DNA of 64,000 nt from a virus. Its lineage: Duplodnaviria > Caudoviricetes. Of this stretch, positions 1-9,693 are shown in pieces. Made by a program: the position numbers and the translations under genes. The stretch covers positions 719 through 64,718 of IMG/VR virus record IMGVR_UViG_3300036796_000061; one strand, given 5' to 3'. Numbering within the stretch: position 1 is the stretch's first letter; each line of letters starts with the position of its first letter. The notes beneath the pieces were generated by a model, which saw nothing but the letters and a program-made list of their open reading frames with translations, was not told where the DNA came from and searched no databases.

Positions 1-1090
1 AAGCAGTTGCGATATAGCCCGTCGTATACGGGATGCCTTTGATTTTCTTGCCGTCGATTGTATAAACGGCTTCCTTAGGTTTCGCAGGCTCTTCCGGTGG
101 CTCATATTCTAGTTCGTTCAGCTCTAGCGTTTTCGAAACGGTAAGGCTCATCGAATGAAGTCCGTTAGGCTCAAACGTATGTGAATCGGTAATAACGTAA
201 AAGCCTCCGCTGATGCCCGTCATCTTTTCGCTGACCTGCACCATTTTGCCGGAAGTAATCGAAGCATCTCCGAGTGCGTCAACGCTGGACTCCTTCGCCA
301 TTTTGTTGAGTTCCTTCAGCAAGGCGCTAGCAATCGGCTTAAGCTGCGAATCCGACTTCTCGCTTTCGTGGTCCTTCTCGCGCATCAGTCCGTATTTCTT
401 AATAGAGGGGGTATCATTTAAAGTGACCCCCTTCGATTCCTCGCCGCTTTTGCCTGTGATTCGGACCGAGTTGCGTAGGTCTTCAATGGACTCCGAGTAA
501 TTGGCGCTAAGTAAATTCGTGCCGTCCTTGATGACCAGCCGCTTGACTTGCGATTTCTTTTCGCGAAGTACGAGCTTGCCGGCTTCATTTCCAAGCAGAA
601 AAACCCTGCCGGTCTTCTTTCGAGTCTCCGTCAAGGCTATCGTTATCATGTCGTATATGGATTTATTACGCAGGATTAGCTTCGGGATCACGTAGCCTGT
701 ATCGTCAATGTTTCCGTAAGGAATATCGAACTTCTTACATATCGCGCGAATGACCTGCGAAGCCTTCTGCTTAACGAACTTAATTGAGTCCGAGTTTTTC
801 GTAAGGTAATGGTTGTAGTCGTACGCGGTAAAACTGAAACTTCCATCGCTGGCTATCTCCGTACTAAAGATAACGCCTCGAAAGATTTCGGATCCATCTA
901 CGTAAAGCCGGATATCCTTGCCGACCTCTACGTTAACCGCCTTGGACGTACCGTTTAGCGTATTATTCAGCGATACCTCGCAAGACCGGCTGGCCTGCGT
1001 AGTTTCGCCCGACCACTCAATCGACGTAACTAAGTCCGTCAATTTTACGTAGCTGGTCGAACTAGAGTAATAGCGAAGTGAAACGCTCAT
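1..1090 (-). CDS. XkdQ/YqbQ-like baseplate hub protein, 3' end runs off the window
   Basis: Hand translation from ATG 1090: MSVSLRYYSSSTSYVKLTDLVTSIEWSGETTQASRSCEV...TAYDYNHYLTKNSDS...IPYTTGYIATA, open to base 1. Follows the LysM gene as in PBSX xkdP-xkdQ. Missing from the ORF track because it has no stop in the window. Confidence 0.8.
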   Translation of the reverse strand, partial: MSVSLRYYSSSTSYVKLTDLVTSIEWSGETTQASRSCEVSLNNTLNGTSKAVNVEVGKDIRLYVDGSEIFRGVIFSTEIASDGSFSFTAYDYNHYLTKNSDSIKFVKQKASQVIRAICKKFDIPYGNIDDTGYVIPKLILRNKSIYDMITIALTETRKKTGRVFLLGNEAGKLVLREKKSQVKRLVIKDGTNLLSANYSESIEDLRNSVRITGKSGEESKGVTLNDTPSIKKYGLMREKDHESEKSDSQLKPIASALLKELNKMAKESSVDALGDASITSGKMVQVSEKMTGISGGFYVITDSHTFEPNGLHSMSLTVSKTLELNELEYEPPEEPAKPKEAVYTIDGKKIKGIPYTTGYIATA

Positions 1091-1743
1091 TTCGGAATCA
1101 CCAACTTCTGCTTCGGATAGATAAGATTCGGGTTCTTGCCGATAAGCTTCCTATTCGCCGGATGGTTATAAATCTTGCGCCATTTCATTGCATCGCCGTA
1201 AATGGACCGCTTCTTCGCGATATTCCACAGGCAATCGCCTTTCTTCACGATGTAAGTCTTTTGCGGCTTAGGCTTCGGTTTCGGCGGACGTGGTTTAGGC
1301 TTCGGTTTCTTAATCGTAACCTTTTCCACTTTAACCTCGCGCCATTCCTTCAGAGACAGCGTAAAGTAAACGTCTCCGGGGTTTCCGGCCCTCTCCGGCT
1401 CAACTTCAAAATCGCGAATAGTAACCGACACGTTAACTCCAGCTGCGCCCGTCACAACATAACGAATAGGCTGCCGTTTGTTCCGCCAGCTTTCGATTTT
1501 ACTTACGAATGACGACGGCGAGATGAAGCTCTTATAACCGCAGTACGTCGGATTGTATAGCGCTGGCCAGAACGTTGTGATTTCGAATTCCTTAAGGCCG
1601 CGCTTCTTAATAATAGTTACTTCGCCCAGTCCTTCGACCTCAACGTCGTCGTAGTTAAAAGGCGAGCTATATGCGTTTGACTCCGGGTTGACGGGCAGAC
1701 GCAATTTTTCTTTACCGCTGATTAACCAATATTCGATCGCCAT
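1087..1743 (-). CDS. LysM-domain tail tube initiator (XkdP-like)
   Basis: C-terminal LysM (TYIVKKGDCLWNIAK...NPNLIYPKQKLVIP) after a Pro/Lys linker; directly after the tape measure gene. Confidence 0.85.
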   Translation of the reverse strand: MAIEYWLISGKEKLRLPVNPESNAYSSPFNYDDVEVEGLGEVTIIKKRGLKEFEITTFWPALYNPTYCGYKSFISPSSFVSKIESWRNKRQPIRYVVTGAAGVNVSVTIRDFEVEPERAGNPGDVYFTLSLKEWREVKVEKVTIKKPKPKPRPPKPKPKPQKTYIVKKGDCLWNIAKKRSIYGDAMKWRKIYNHPANRKLIGKNPNLIYPKQKLVIPK

Positions 1744-3587
1744 TATGCGCCTGCACCTCCCGCAGCTTCGACTTCTTTAACGAATAATTCCATTAAACGT
1801 TTAGCATCTTGCTTAGTGGATCCCGAACCTTTCATCGTTATATTCATGTTGTACGTATTTCCTCCGCCACCTTTTCCTGACGAATACTCCTTATTTTCTT
1901 GCTTAGTAAGTACGCGTTCGCCTCGGTGAGCGTTGATTATCGTGCCGTCTCGCGGTACGTATGATAGTCCGCCTGCTGCCGAAGTCTGGCGACCTTGGCC
2001 TATCGACTTGCTATACTGAGGAGCACTCGTGACGTTGCCCCAGCTTACCTTCGGAACAATTGGAATATTTACGCCTGGAATCTTATTCAGGACGCCGATC
2101 ATCTTATTAACTCCGGAAACAACACTGTTAACCATATCGCCGGCTTTGCTCTTTATTGTGTCGAAGTTTTTGTAAATAGCTACGCCTGCCGCAACAATCT
2201 GACCAAATGGCCCAAGCATTGCGAGTACTGCAAATTTAAGGACGCCCAGCTTATTCCACAATTCGATTGTTTTTGATTTGACCGTATCCCAATTGCGATA
2301 CAGGAAAACACCTGCCGCGACTAGCAATCCGATTGCGGCGATAACCAAGCCGATAGGATTCGCTAAAAGTACGCCGTTTAATATTGCCTGCGCTGTTGTA
2401 GCACCGACCGTAGCGACTTTATAAGCGTTCATCAGTGTCGTAATTGTCGAAACGATTGTAAGTGCAACCATCGCTATCCTCATAGCTACGAAACCTGCAC
2501 CTAACGCTACCACCGTTTCGATGATTGTCGGCCAGTTCTGCACCATGTAATCGCCGATCTTTTTAGCGAAATCGTAGGCAACAGATAGTGCGGCACCTAT
2601 TGGAGCGAGAGCGTCCTTTGTAGCTATTACGTTTGTCTGAATCGCAGGCCAATTCGCTTTAATGTAATCTCCGAACTTAGCCGCTTCCGTACCTAGAAAA
2701 GCAAAAGCTGTGCCTATAGATTTAAAGAATCCATCAAGCTTGCCACCACTTACTGCCTTTTCGATATCTTCGAGTATAGGTTTCAATTTAGCGAGAGCTT
2801 CGAAACCGAGGTTGCGGAGTTTTACTTGAAGAGCTTCTTTAATTCGATTAATTATTCCTAATGACGCTTCTCCCATTTCGTTGACTAGATGTTTAGTCAT
2901 GTTCATTTTATTGAATAGCTTATCTAATTCCGCCAACTGCTCGCTTAGTGGAAGGTTTTTAATATCGTTCAACGCTCCACGGGGAAGCTCGAATCGTTCA
3001 ACTAGCGACTGCGTATCTCCTGAGAACAATTCACGTAAAGCTAGTACCGCACCCTCTACGCCTTGAACCGGATCCACCGCAACCAAACGTTCGGATAAGT
3101 CCCACATTTTTTCTAGTTCTTTTAAGTCGGTGCTTGCCGCTAAGAACGATTTACTGTTCGAGTACATATCCTGCATGTCTAGGACCGGCGAATCAATCGC
3201 AAACTTATCGATCATCTTCATGTACTGCTTCGATAGACTCTTATCGTCAATCATCGCCTCAATAACGATTTGCGACTGCTCCATTTTCATAGCCGCGCCT
3301 ACCGTTGAGTTGAGCGTTTTTTGAACGCCGATAACCGCTCCGATTCCCGCAGCCACTTTCACCAAACTTGCCGTATAGTTGCGTGAGCTCGAAGTCATCG
3401 TGCCAAATGAATTCGATACTTTATTACCTGAGCTCGCAAACTTTCCATTCTCACTCCGAAGTTTACCGCTCGCGTCCCGAGTTGAATTCGTAGCTCTACG
3501 GAATGCCTCCATCTTTCTCGAAATATTATGCAAAGGCTTCGTCATTTTATCCACTAGCGACAACCTGGCTGTTAAGTCGAAAGCCAT
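1743..3587 (-). CDS. Tail tape measure protein
   Basis: 614 aa, Ala/Gly-rich helical composition, LANPIGLVIAAI motif, position after the chaperone. Confidence 0.85.
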   Translation of the reverse strand: MAFDLTARLSLVDKMTKPLHNISRKMEAFRRATNSTRDASGKLRSENGKFASSGNKVSNSFGTMTSSSRNYTASLVKVAAGIGAVIGVQKTLNSTVGAAMKMEQSQIVIEAMIDDKSLSKQYMKMIDKFAIDSPVLDMQDMYSNSKSFLAASTDLKELEKMWDLSERLVAVDPVQGVEGAVLALRELFSGDTQSLVERFELPRGALNDIKNLPLSEQLAELDKLFNKMNMTKHLVNEMGEASLGIINRIKEALQVKLRNLGFEALAKLKPILEDIEKAVSGGKLDGFFKSIGTAFAFLGTEAAKFGDYIKANWPAIQTNVIATKDALAPIGAALSVAYDFAKKIGDYMVQNWPTIIETVVALGAGFVAMRIAMVALTIVSTITTLMNAYKVATVGATTAQAILNGVLLANPIGLVIAAIGLLVAAGVFLYRNWDTVKSKTIELWNKLGVLKFAVLAMLGPFGQIVAAGVAIYKNFDTIKSKAGDMVNSVVSGVNKMIGVLNKIPGVNIPIVPKVSWGNVTSAPQYSKSIGQGRQTSAAGGLSYVPRDGTIINAHRGERVLTKQENKEYSSGKGGGGNTYNMNITMKGSGSTKQDAKRLMELFVKEVEAAGGAGA

Positions 3588-3590
3588 AAG

Positions 3591-4165
3591 TTACCTCCTC
3601 TCCTGTTCCTTCCGACGCTTCTCTTCTTCCTCGAATGCGAGGTCCATAGACGCGAACATAAACAGCTGATGGCGCCTATCTTTCTGATACACTTCGTCAG
3701 GCGGAATATGGTGCCGTTGGAATATAGCGTGCAGTAAGAACGCCTCCCCACCGGCATTAATTAGTTTTTTATTTCTTCGATTTGCTCCTCGGGATCACCA
3801 AATCCGGAAATGTCCAGGATAGCTTCCGTAATCTTAGCGATTTCACCGGCAAGCAAGGCCTTTTGTACACAATCCCCTGCGTCTGATGCTCCGTACTTTT
3901 CAAGCAACGCTGGGTCGCCGAATGGTAGGTTGACCGAGGCTGATGCGATAATATTTCCGCCATACTTTTGCTCGTCGATATGTGCTACTCGTTTTGCGCC
4001 TTTGCCAGAATAATGCGTAGCCTGTTCGCTAAGTCTGCCGATTGTTTTTCCATCGAGTGCCTTAACAATTAAATCAACGCCCAATCGTTTTAAAGGTACC
4101 GCCTTTTCCACTTTCACATCTGCGCCAAGTAGTGCTGCTAATGGATCTTTTTCTTTTTTCGCCAT
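3591..4165 (-). CDS. Tail assembly chaperone G-T fusion via -1 programmed frameshift
   Basis: Slippery A AAA AAC at 3770-3764. The -1 frame reads KKLINAGGEAFLLHAIFQRHHIPPDEVYQKDRRHQLFMFASMDLAFEEEEKRRKEQERR and stops at 3591, just before the tape measure start. Confidence 0.75.
3761..4165 (-). CDS. Tail assembly chaperone G (XkdN-like)
   Basis: 134 aa between tail tube and tape measure genes; ends EEIKN on the slippery sequence A-AAA-AAC. Confidence 0.8.
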   Translation of the reverse strand: MAKKEKDPLAALLGADVKVEKAVPLKRLGVDLIVKALDGKTIGRLSEQATHYSGKGAKRVAHIDEQKYGGNIIASASVNLPFGDPALLEKYGASDAGDCVQKALLAGEIAKITEAILDISGFGDPEEQIEEIKN

Positions 4166-4229
4166 CTATAAAAACCTCCTAGGTAATTTTCGAATTTAAA
4201 GCGAGCTACCCGAAGGCGCCCGCAGCTTG

Positions 4230-4667
4230 TTACGGTTTTTTGATTTCGTCTAGTAATTCGTAGCCGCTAAATGTGAACGGCAGTTCTTCTTCCACGATCG
4301 TTTTAACTTCGAATGTGCTTAAAGGAATCCGGTCGAACTGTACGCCTTTCAAGCGAATTCGTTCGGCTCCATAAGATGCAGGGTCAGCTAGTTTGTAAAT
4401 TAACTCTGTTACATGAGGCTTTCCACGGTCTTTTGCGACTGAGCCAATTCGTTTAATAAACTCCGATGTCATTTTATATCCTTTAATGTTTCCAGTCCCA
4501 GTCAGCCCCGTAACCTTATGCCCCGTCCAAAGCGAACCGGATACGTTGATTTCTTCTTTGTTGATTTCGACGAGCGCTTCTGCGGATGTAACGTTTGTTA
4601 GCCATACACCTTCGCTCCACACCTCGCCGTACGATCCGTTAATTACGCGAGTTGTATCTAATGCCAT
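4230..4667 (-). CDS. Tail tube protein (XkdM-like)
   Basis: RVINGSYGEVW...EEELPFTFSGYELLD typical of the XkdM family; follows the sheath gene. Confidence 0.85.
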   Translation of the reverse strand: MALDTTRVINGSYGEVWSEGVWLTNVTSAEALVEINKEEINVSGSLWTGHKVTGLTGTGNIKGYKMTSEFIKRIGSVAKDRGKPHVTELIYKLADPASYGAERIRLKGVQFDRIPLSTFEVKTIVEEELPFTFSGYELLDEIKKP

Positions 4668-4692
4668 ATGTTTATCGTCCCTTCTTCGTCAG

Positions 4693-5742
4693 TTAGACGT
4701 TAATTGTTAAGAAAATGCGTTCCATCGAATCAATCTCGCGGTATGAAATCTGCATGAAGACCGTATCGCCAACGCTAGGATTCTGCGTATCTAGTCCGAC
4801 GGCGATATCCGTTAGCACGTTGTCGCTTTCGAGTGTTTCAAGGTACGCTTTTATTGCGCTAATAAGAGCCGCCTGCCCATCCGCACTATTATCGAGTTTG
4901 CCGATGTAGCTATCGCGAGCCGTCTTCTCGACGTCCGTTGCAACCGCTTGGCGCGCACGTACTGAGCGAATCTTCGTTCCGGCCGTCGTGATGCCTTGCT
5001 CGATCTTCACCTTTTCGCCATCATTAACGAATACAAGCGAACCCGCCTGAAGCGCCGTAATGATTTCGCTATTGCGTAGACGTTTCGTTACATCGTCGAC
5101 CGCTACTTCTGTAAACGTAATGGACCTGTTGATTGCCGTACCTGCGATTAAGCCTGCGATATGAGCCGCATACTTTCCACTTGAATACGAAACGTCGCCG
5201 ATTGTTACGCCGGTGATAAGGTTAACTACGTAGTCATCAAGTAGCGCCGCTGAGCGAGTGTTTCCTGTCGTTGGATTTGCATCTTCCGCAGCTGTGCCGC
5301 CCGTAACGAACATAAAATGCTTACGCTCTTTTCGGTTAGCGATTACCCACGCTAGCGTGTTAGTACGTTCGGTAGCGCTAGGCTCTCCGTCGAATACGAA
5401 CACGTTGAACGGCCGCGCTTCGAAGGCATTACGCATGTCTACGAAATCCGCTGTAGCAGGCGTTGCAGGCATCGTATAAACAAGCACCTCTTTTGCTCCG
5501 CCTTGTAGTGCGAATTTAATCGACTGAATGTTCTCTGCTCCGAAAAGCTCCACCGCGCCCGTCTCGTCTGTAACTGTGTAAAACGATTTAGCCGTAGCAC
5601 TTCCGCCCGTATATGTGTTTAACGGAATAGCTACGATCCCTCTTGCGCCTCCCTTGATTTGCCCCTCTGCCGCATTTACGAAATTCGTATACAAGCCGGG
5701 TCTAATCGGAAGGTTCATCGGGTCCCACTGAGTAATTGACAT
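4693..5742 (-). CDS. Tail sheath protein (XkdK-like)
   Basis: RPGLYTNF, RGIVAIP and IDSMERIFLTINV motifs; 349 aa; indicates a contractile tail. Confidence 0.85.
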   Translation of the reverse strand: MSITQWDPMNLPIRPGLYTNFVNAAEGQIKGGARGIVAIPLNTYTGGSATAKSFYTVTDETGAVELFGAENIQSIKFALQGGAKEVLVYTMPATPATADFVDMRNAFEARPFNVFVFDGEPSATERTNTLAWVIANRKERKHFMFVTGGTAAEDANPTTGNTRSAALLDDYVVNLITGVTIGDVSYSSGKYAAHIAGLIAGTAINRSITFTEVAVDDVTKRLRNSEIITALQAGSLVFVNDGEKVKIEQGITTAGTKIRSVRARQAVATDVEKTARDSYIGKLDNSADGQAALISAIKAYLETLESDNVLTDIAVGLDTQNPSVGDTVFMQISYREIDSMERIFLTINV

Positions 5743-6372
5743 CTATTCGTCCTCCTCCGTAAATACTGTCTTGCCGCTTTCTATGTCGGACCAAGTAAAG
5801 CCGTCCGGCGAAGCTACCTTGCCCTGAACCGTTGTCCCCGCCTCTACGTCAGTCCATTGATAACCGTCGTTCGGGTTGGGCGTTTCGGTTCCGTCTAAAG
5901 TGCTCCATGCTCCGGCGGTCTTGTCTGTATAAGCGCTGACCTCCATGTTATTGACCGGCTCATACGTTACTTGCGTCCGTGCTTCGCGAGTCTCCGCTTC
6001 TAACATGCCGATGACTGCGTACACGCCCGTCGTGTCCGTTTTGAACGATGGCGACAACGAAAAAGACCCGATACGTAAGTACCGAGCCGAGTCGCCTAAT
6101 GGAATTAGTTGTTTATCGTTCATCTTGTGTTCAACCGCCTGCATCTTCGTCATACAATCGAGCTTGCTTGCTCCGAAGTATACGAGCTGGTACGTCCGGT
6201 CGAGCCGATAATGAAACGCCGTCTCCGTTTCCGAACTGCTCGGTCCTAACTCAATCGCCAGCTCATCCGCCTTGTATGCGTCCGGCATATACTGCAAATG
6301 AAACCTAACGCCGGGCAGCTCGGTCGCAACAAAATCGCGAATACTCTGAATCTCCGTTTTGATGTCCGCCAC
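5743..6372 (-). CDS. Tail terminator/completion protein with acidic C-terminal extension
   Basis: Probable GTG start at 6372 (MADIKTEIQSIRDFV) after GGAGCGGGG, rather than 6504; lies between neck and sheath genes. Confidence 0.6.
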   Translation of the reverse strand: MADIKTEIQSIRDFVATELPGVRFHLQYMPDAYKADELAIELGPSSSETETAFHYRLDRTYQLVYFGASKLDCMTKMQAVEHKMNDKQLIPLGDSARYLRIGSFSLSPSFKTDTTGVYAVIGMLEAETREARTQVTYEPVNNMEVSAYTDKTAGAWSTLDGTETPNPNDGYQWTDVEAGTTVQGKVASPDGFTWSDIESGKTVFTEEDE

Positions 6373-6373
6373 C

Positions 6374-6775
6374 TTACCACCCCGCTCCTCTAAGTTCGTT
6401 TTTGATCTCTTCTTCGAGCCAGCGTTTCCACTTTTCTTCTTCCGCAGATTGGTCGAGGAATTTCTTGACGGTGCCTGACTTCCGAAGCGATTTACCGCCG
6501 GCATTTTCTTCGTGGATATAATAACCGTAGTTGAATCCTTTTTGCGCCGCGTTGGCCGTGACGATAACCTTCTGATTTAGGTCGTGCCCTTCGACCTCGC
6601 CCGCTATTTGTCTGCGTAAGTTGCCGGTGTCTAACGGAGCAATGTCGCGTGCCCCGCGAACCCAATCGTCTTTAATATCGTCCATCGCCTGTTTGGCTCC
6701 GCGCCCTGCCGCTTCCGGTGACCTTTCGATTAACTTGCGCAGTGGTCCGAGGTCTAGTTCGAAATCCTTCGCCAT
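6374..6775 (-). CDS. Neck/tail-completion protein (HK97 gp10-like)
   Basis: APLDTGNLRRQI motif; position in the head-tail block. Confidence 0.75.
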   Translation of the reverse strand: MAKDFELDLGPLRKLIERSPEAAGRGAKQAMDDIKDDWVRGARDIAPLDTGNLRRQIAGEVEGHDLNQKVIVTANAAQKGFNYGYYIHEENAGGKSLRKSGTVKKFLDQSAEEEKWKRWLEEEIKNELRGAGW

Positions 6776-7092
6776 TATGCATACACCGCCGTTAGCGCAG
6801 GCTTTCCGTTAATCATGCGGATGGGCTCAATCTTTATCGGAGTACGTCGGATCGTCACGCCTAATTCGTTCGTGTATTCGATTACGTCGTCGTAACGTAC
6901 GTCCGGTAATTTATCGAGCGTTATTTCCATTCCGCTGACCACTTCGGTGCCTAGCTGATTTTGTACGACTTGGGTGCGCTCATCTACGCGGCATTTCAAC
7001 GTGAAGCTAGTCGACACTCCGCCTTCGCCCCACTCGTCCGGCTCGCCTTTACGCTGAATAGTTACGGATTGCTTTAACGGGATTATCGCCAT
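6775..7092 (-). CDS. Head closure protein (SPP1 gp16-like)
   Basis: MAIIPLKQSVTIQR...DEWG...LKCRVDE; the start overlaps the upstream stop (TAATG). Confidence 0.65.
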   Translation of the reverse strand: MAIIPLKQSVTIQRKGEPDEWGEGGVSTSFTLKCRVDERTQVVQNQLGTEVVSGMEITLDKLPDVRYDDVIEYTNELGVTIRRTPIKIEPIRMINGKPALTAVYA

Positions 7093-7478
7093 TACAACGT
7101 CGTCCATTTCAGCGTGCGACCTGTCGAGATTTCCACGCCGTTCTCTTCGTTAATAAGGTCGATGACTTCATCCGGGATGTACGCGTCGATTCCCTTCTTC
7201 GCCCAATCCTTGAAGGTAAACGCGATTCCTTTAATCGAAAAGCTTGCGATTCCTTGCTGCTGCAGTTTATTCGTATCGTTATATGCGCTAGCCAACACCG
7301 CGCCGAAAAGGTATACGGCTTCGTTCGGTATCGTTAATCCGCTGAATTTCCGGGTAAGTGTTCGGCTTGCTACGTTTAATAACGCCGTCTTGCGTGTGTC
7401 GTCCCCGTCGATAAAATCTTCGTTGTCCAACGTGTTAAGCGTGATGTATTCTTCCGCCGAGATTAAATCCCACTCCAT
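7092..7478 (-). CDS. Head-tail adaptor (SPP1 gp15-like)
   Basis: 128 aa; GIASFSIKGIAFTF motif; gene order after the capsid genes. Confidence 0.6.
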   Translation of the reverse strand: MEWDLISAEEYITLNTLDNEDFIDGDDTRKTALLNVASRTLTRKFSGLTIPNEAVYLFGAVLASAYNDTNKLQQQGIASFSIKGIAFTFKDWAKKGIDAYIPDEVIDLINEENGVEISTGRTLKWTTL

Positions 7479-7490
7479 AAAATCGCCTCC

Positions 7491-7721
7491 TTATTTTCCG
7501 GAGGTTTTCTTCGCAGGAGCTTTCGGTTTTGCAACCGGTTTTACAGGCTTCGGCGTTTCCTCCGCTTTTGGTTCGTCGACGCGCTGTGCGTCTGAAATAT
7601 TCGTTAAAACTTCAATCGTGGCTTCGTCCTCAGTAGCGTAGCGACCGTCATTAAACTTTTTAAATTCGCCATCTACGTAAAAACCGAGCTCTTTATATTG
7701 CGATTTAAATTCTGCCATCAT
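7491..7721 (-). CDS. Small head-associated protein
   Basis: 76 aa directly after the major capsid terminator; Lys/Pro-rich tail. Confidence 0.5.
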   Translation of the reverse strand: MMAEFKSQYKELGFYVDGEFKKFNDGRYATEDEATIEVLTNISDAQRVDEPKAEETPKPVKPVAKPKAPAKKTSGK

Positions 7722-7734
7722 ATCACCGCCTAGA

Positions 7735-7762
7735 AAGAAAGCCCGCAGAAACCTGCGAGCCG
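7735..7762 (-). terminator. Intrinsic terminator after the major capsid gene
   Basis: GGCTCGCAG-GTTT-CTGCGGGCT followed by TTCTTT on the minus strand. Confidence 0.7.
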
Positions 7763-7772
7763 TTAGTTTATA

Positions 7773-8861
7773 TTAGTTAAGACCTTTCAAACGTCCGTGA
7801 GCTTTCTCTTGTTGGAATTCAAGAGTGTATTCGCCAACTAGCATACCAACAGTGTAGTCACCTTTTTCGCCCATGTATTTGTGGAAGAATTCGCGACCTA
7901 CTAACGGACGGATAGCCATACGGTTGGCATCGACGAAAAGTAACTCGTCTGCAGCCAAGTTGTTGTTCAACGCGATTTCGAATTGACCGAAGTCGTTCAC
8001 AAGCGTATCAACTACTTCACCACGAGAATTTTCAGAACGGCTGATTTGTACTTTGTTAGTATCAAGCGCAGATAATTTACGTTTTTGTTTCGCGCCTACG
8101 ATTACTTTGTAGTTTCCGCCAGTAGCGAATCCGCCAGCTTCGTAGATTGATTGGCCTAAGTTCGTGATAGCGTCAAGTGAAATCGCACCAGCTACGTTAG
8201 TTACGTTAGTTTGGATAAATTGGCGAACACCTTTCATTTGGCGGATTTGACCGTTTTCATATTGAACGCCGTTGATTAGCGCTTTTTCTAATGACAACGC
8301 AAGCTCAACTTGTTTCTTTTGTTTTTCGTATTCGTAAAGATCACCGATTCCGTATTGTTGAACAGCTGCGGCAGTACCGGAGATTTCAACAGAGTCGTCG
8401 AAGATTTGCGTTTTGTTAGACTTAGCGACACGCGCTTTGTAACGAGCTGAACGAACATCTGACCCTTCTGCGCCTTCTACGAATTGTACTTCGATTTTAG
8501 CTAGGTCAGCGATTGCGGCTGCAGTTGTGCTTGCGTACCCACGCGTGACAGTTAAAGTTTTAGTTCCGACGTTAATAGCTGTAATTAATAGTAATTCTTC
8601 CCCGATTTTAACAACGTGGCCTACGCGGAATGGCTCTACTTCTGCAACTACGACAGTTGTATCAGATACAAGCTTAGCGCCTGCTACTGTAGATTCATCA
8701 GCATACATTTCATCTTCGAACCATTGGTGCGTAGTTTGCGTTACTGGCGCCGCGAATCCAAGCATGTTAAGTAGTGGAGTTTGGTGTTGGTTAAGCAATA
8801 AGATTTCATCTACTACTGATTGTTTTAATCCGATTAAATTAGAGTTGTAAATTTTAGACAT
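7773..8861 (-). CDS. Major capsid protein (DUF5309-like, with beta-rich insertion)
   Basis: 362 aa after the scaffold gene; TPLLNMLG, HQWFEDE, NKTQIF and GEYTLE motifs; highly biased codon use. Confidence 0.85.
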   Translation of the reverse strand: MSKIYNSNLIGLKQSVVDEILLLNQHQTPLLNMLGFAAPVTQTTHQWFEDEMYADESTVAGAKLVSDTTVVVAEVEPFRVGHVVKIGEELLLITAINVGTKTLTVTRGYASTTAAAIADLAKIEVQFVEGAEGSDVRSARYKARVAKSNKTQIFDDSVEISGTAAAVQQYGIGDLYEYEKQKKQVELALSLEKALINGVQYENGQIRQMKGVRQFIQTNVTNVAGAISLDAITNLGQSIYEAGGFATGGNYKVIVGAKQKRKLSALDTNKVQISRSENSRGEVVDTLVNDFGQFEIALNNNLAADELLFVDANRMAIRPLVGREFFHKYMGEKGDYTVGMLVGEYTLEFQQEKAHGRLKGLN

Positions 8862-8933
8862 TTTATTATTTCCCCCTGAGTGTTTAGTTTTTTGGTATTA
8901 AAAAAGACGCGTCTATTATTTGACCCGCCATTC

Positions 8934-9614
8934 CTACTTATTTAATTCGGCCTTCAACGCTGCGTAGGCCATTCTGTCCTCGTTACGTCCGCTTGCCTTC
9001 GCTTTTGCAGCCGCTTCTTTAAGTAGTTGCTCGGCTGTTTTGTCGGCGCGCTCCGTATTTCCATTCGTGCTTTCACCGATCGGAGTCGGTTGCTTTTTCG
9101 CAAGCAAGAACGGTTTATTGTCAACGAGCGCCTTAATTGCGTCTTCCATTCCGACCACTTTTCCGTCTTCGACTGTCACGGCCGATAAGTCCGCAAGAAC
9201 GAATGCGTCGTCAAGATGGTTAACGTTTTGGCTCGTAGCAATCTGATTAAATGCGTTGCGGATTTTTTCCGCATTAACGCTTTCGCGCATGCTTTCGAGT
9301 TCCTGCGCTAAGGATTGCTTTTCTTCTTCGTGCTTCCTGGCGATTTCCTCTAGGCGTTCTTTTTCGGATAACTCCGACAAGCGCTTTTCTTCAAGTAACT
9401 GCTCATATTCGGAAGCTTTCGTTTTTAAATCGTCATAGTCCGCAAATTTATCGAGTTTTTTACGCTCACGTGAGATACGGTCTGTTAAGATTTTGTCGAG
9501 TTCTTCCTGTGAAAATACTTTCGGAGTTTCTTCGGTTTGTACCGATTGCGTATCTTCCGTTACTTCCGCTTGAGTTTCGTTAATTTCCGCATTTTGCGTG
9601 TTTTCTTGAGTCAT
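8934..9614 (-). CDS. Capsid scaffold protein
   Basis: Acidic coiled coil, FSQEELDKILTDRISRERKK...YDDLK; SD GGAGG before ATG 9614. Confidence 0.85.
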   Translation of the reverse strand: MTQENTQNAEINETQAEVTEDTQSVQTEETPKVFSQEELDKILTDRISRERKKLDKFADYDDLKTKASEYEQLLEEKRLSELSEKERLEEIARKHEEEKQSLAQELESMRESVNAEKIRNAFNQIATSQNVNHLDDAFVLADLSAVTVEDGKVVGMEDAIKALVDNKPFLLAKKQPTPIGESTNGNTERADKTAEQLLKEAAAKAKASGRNEDRMAYAALKAELNK

Positions 9615-9693
9615 ACTAACCTCCACCGCTTACCCGCCGTCGCGCATTAATTTGATGCAACCGAAAGTTTTAAGCCATTCCGTAAGGCGGTTT

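Noticed and set aside
3572-3757. 61-aa ORF between the chaperone and tape measure genes
   Set aside because: The -1 frameshift frame is protein-like and ends neatly before the tape measure SD; this frame is not.
9639-9646. GTCGCGCA match to the -35 half of the sigma motif upstream of the scaffold gene
   Set aside because: It lacks the flanking AA and the TTCTTATT block, and would overlap the SD region.
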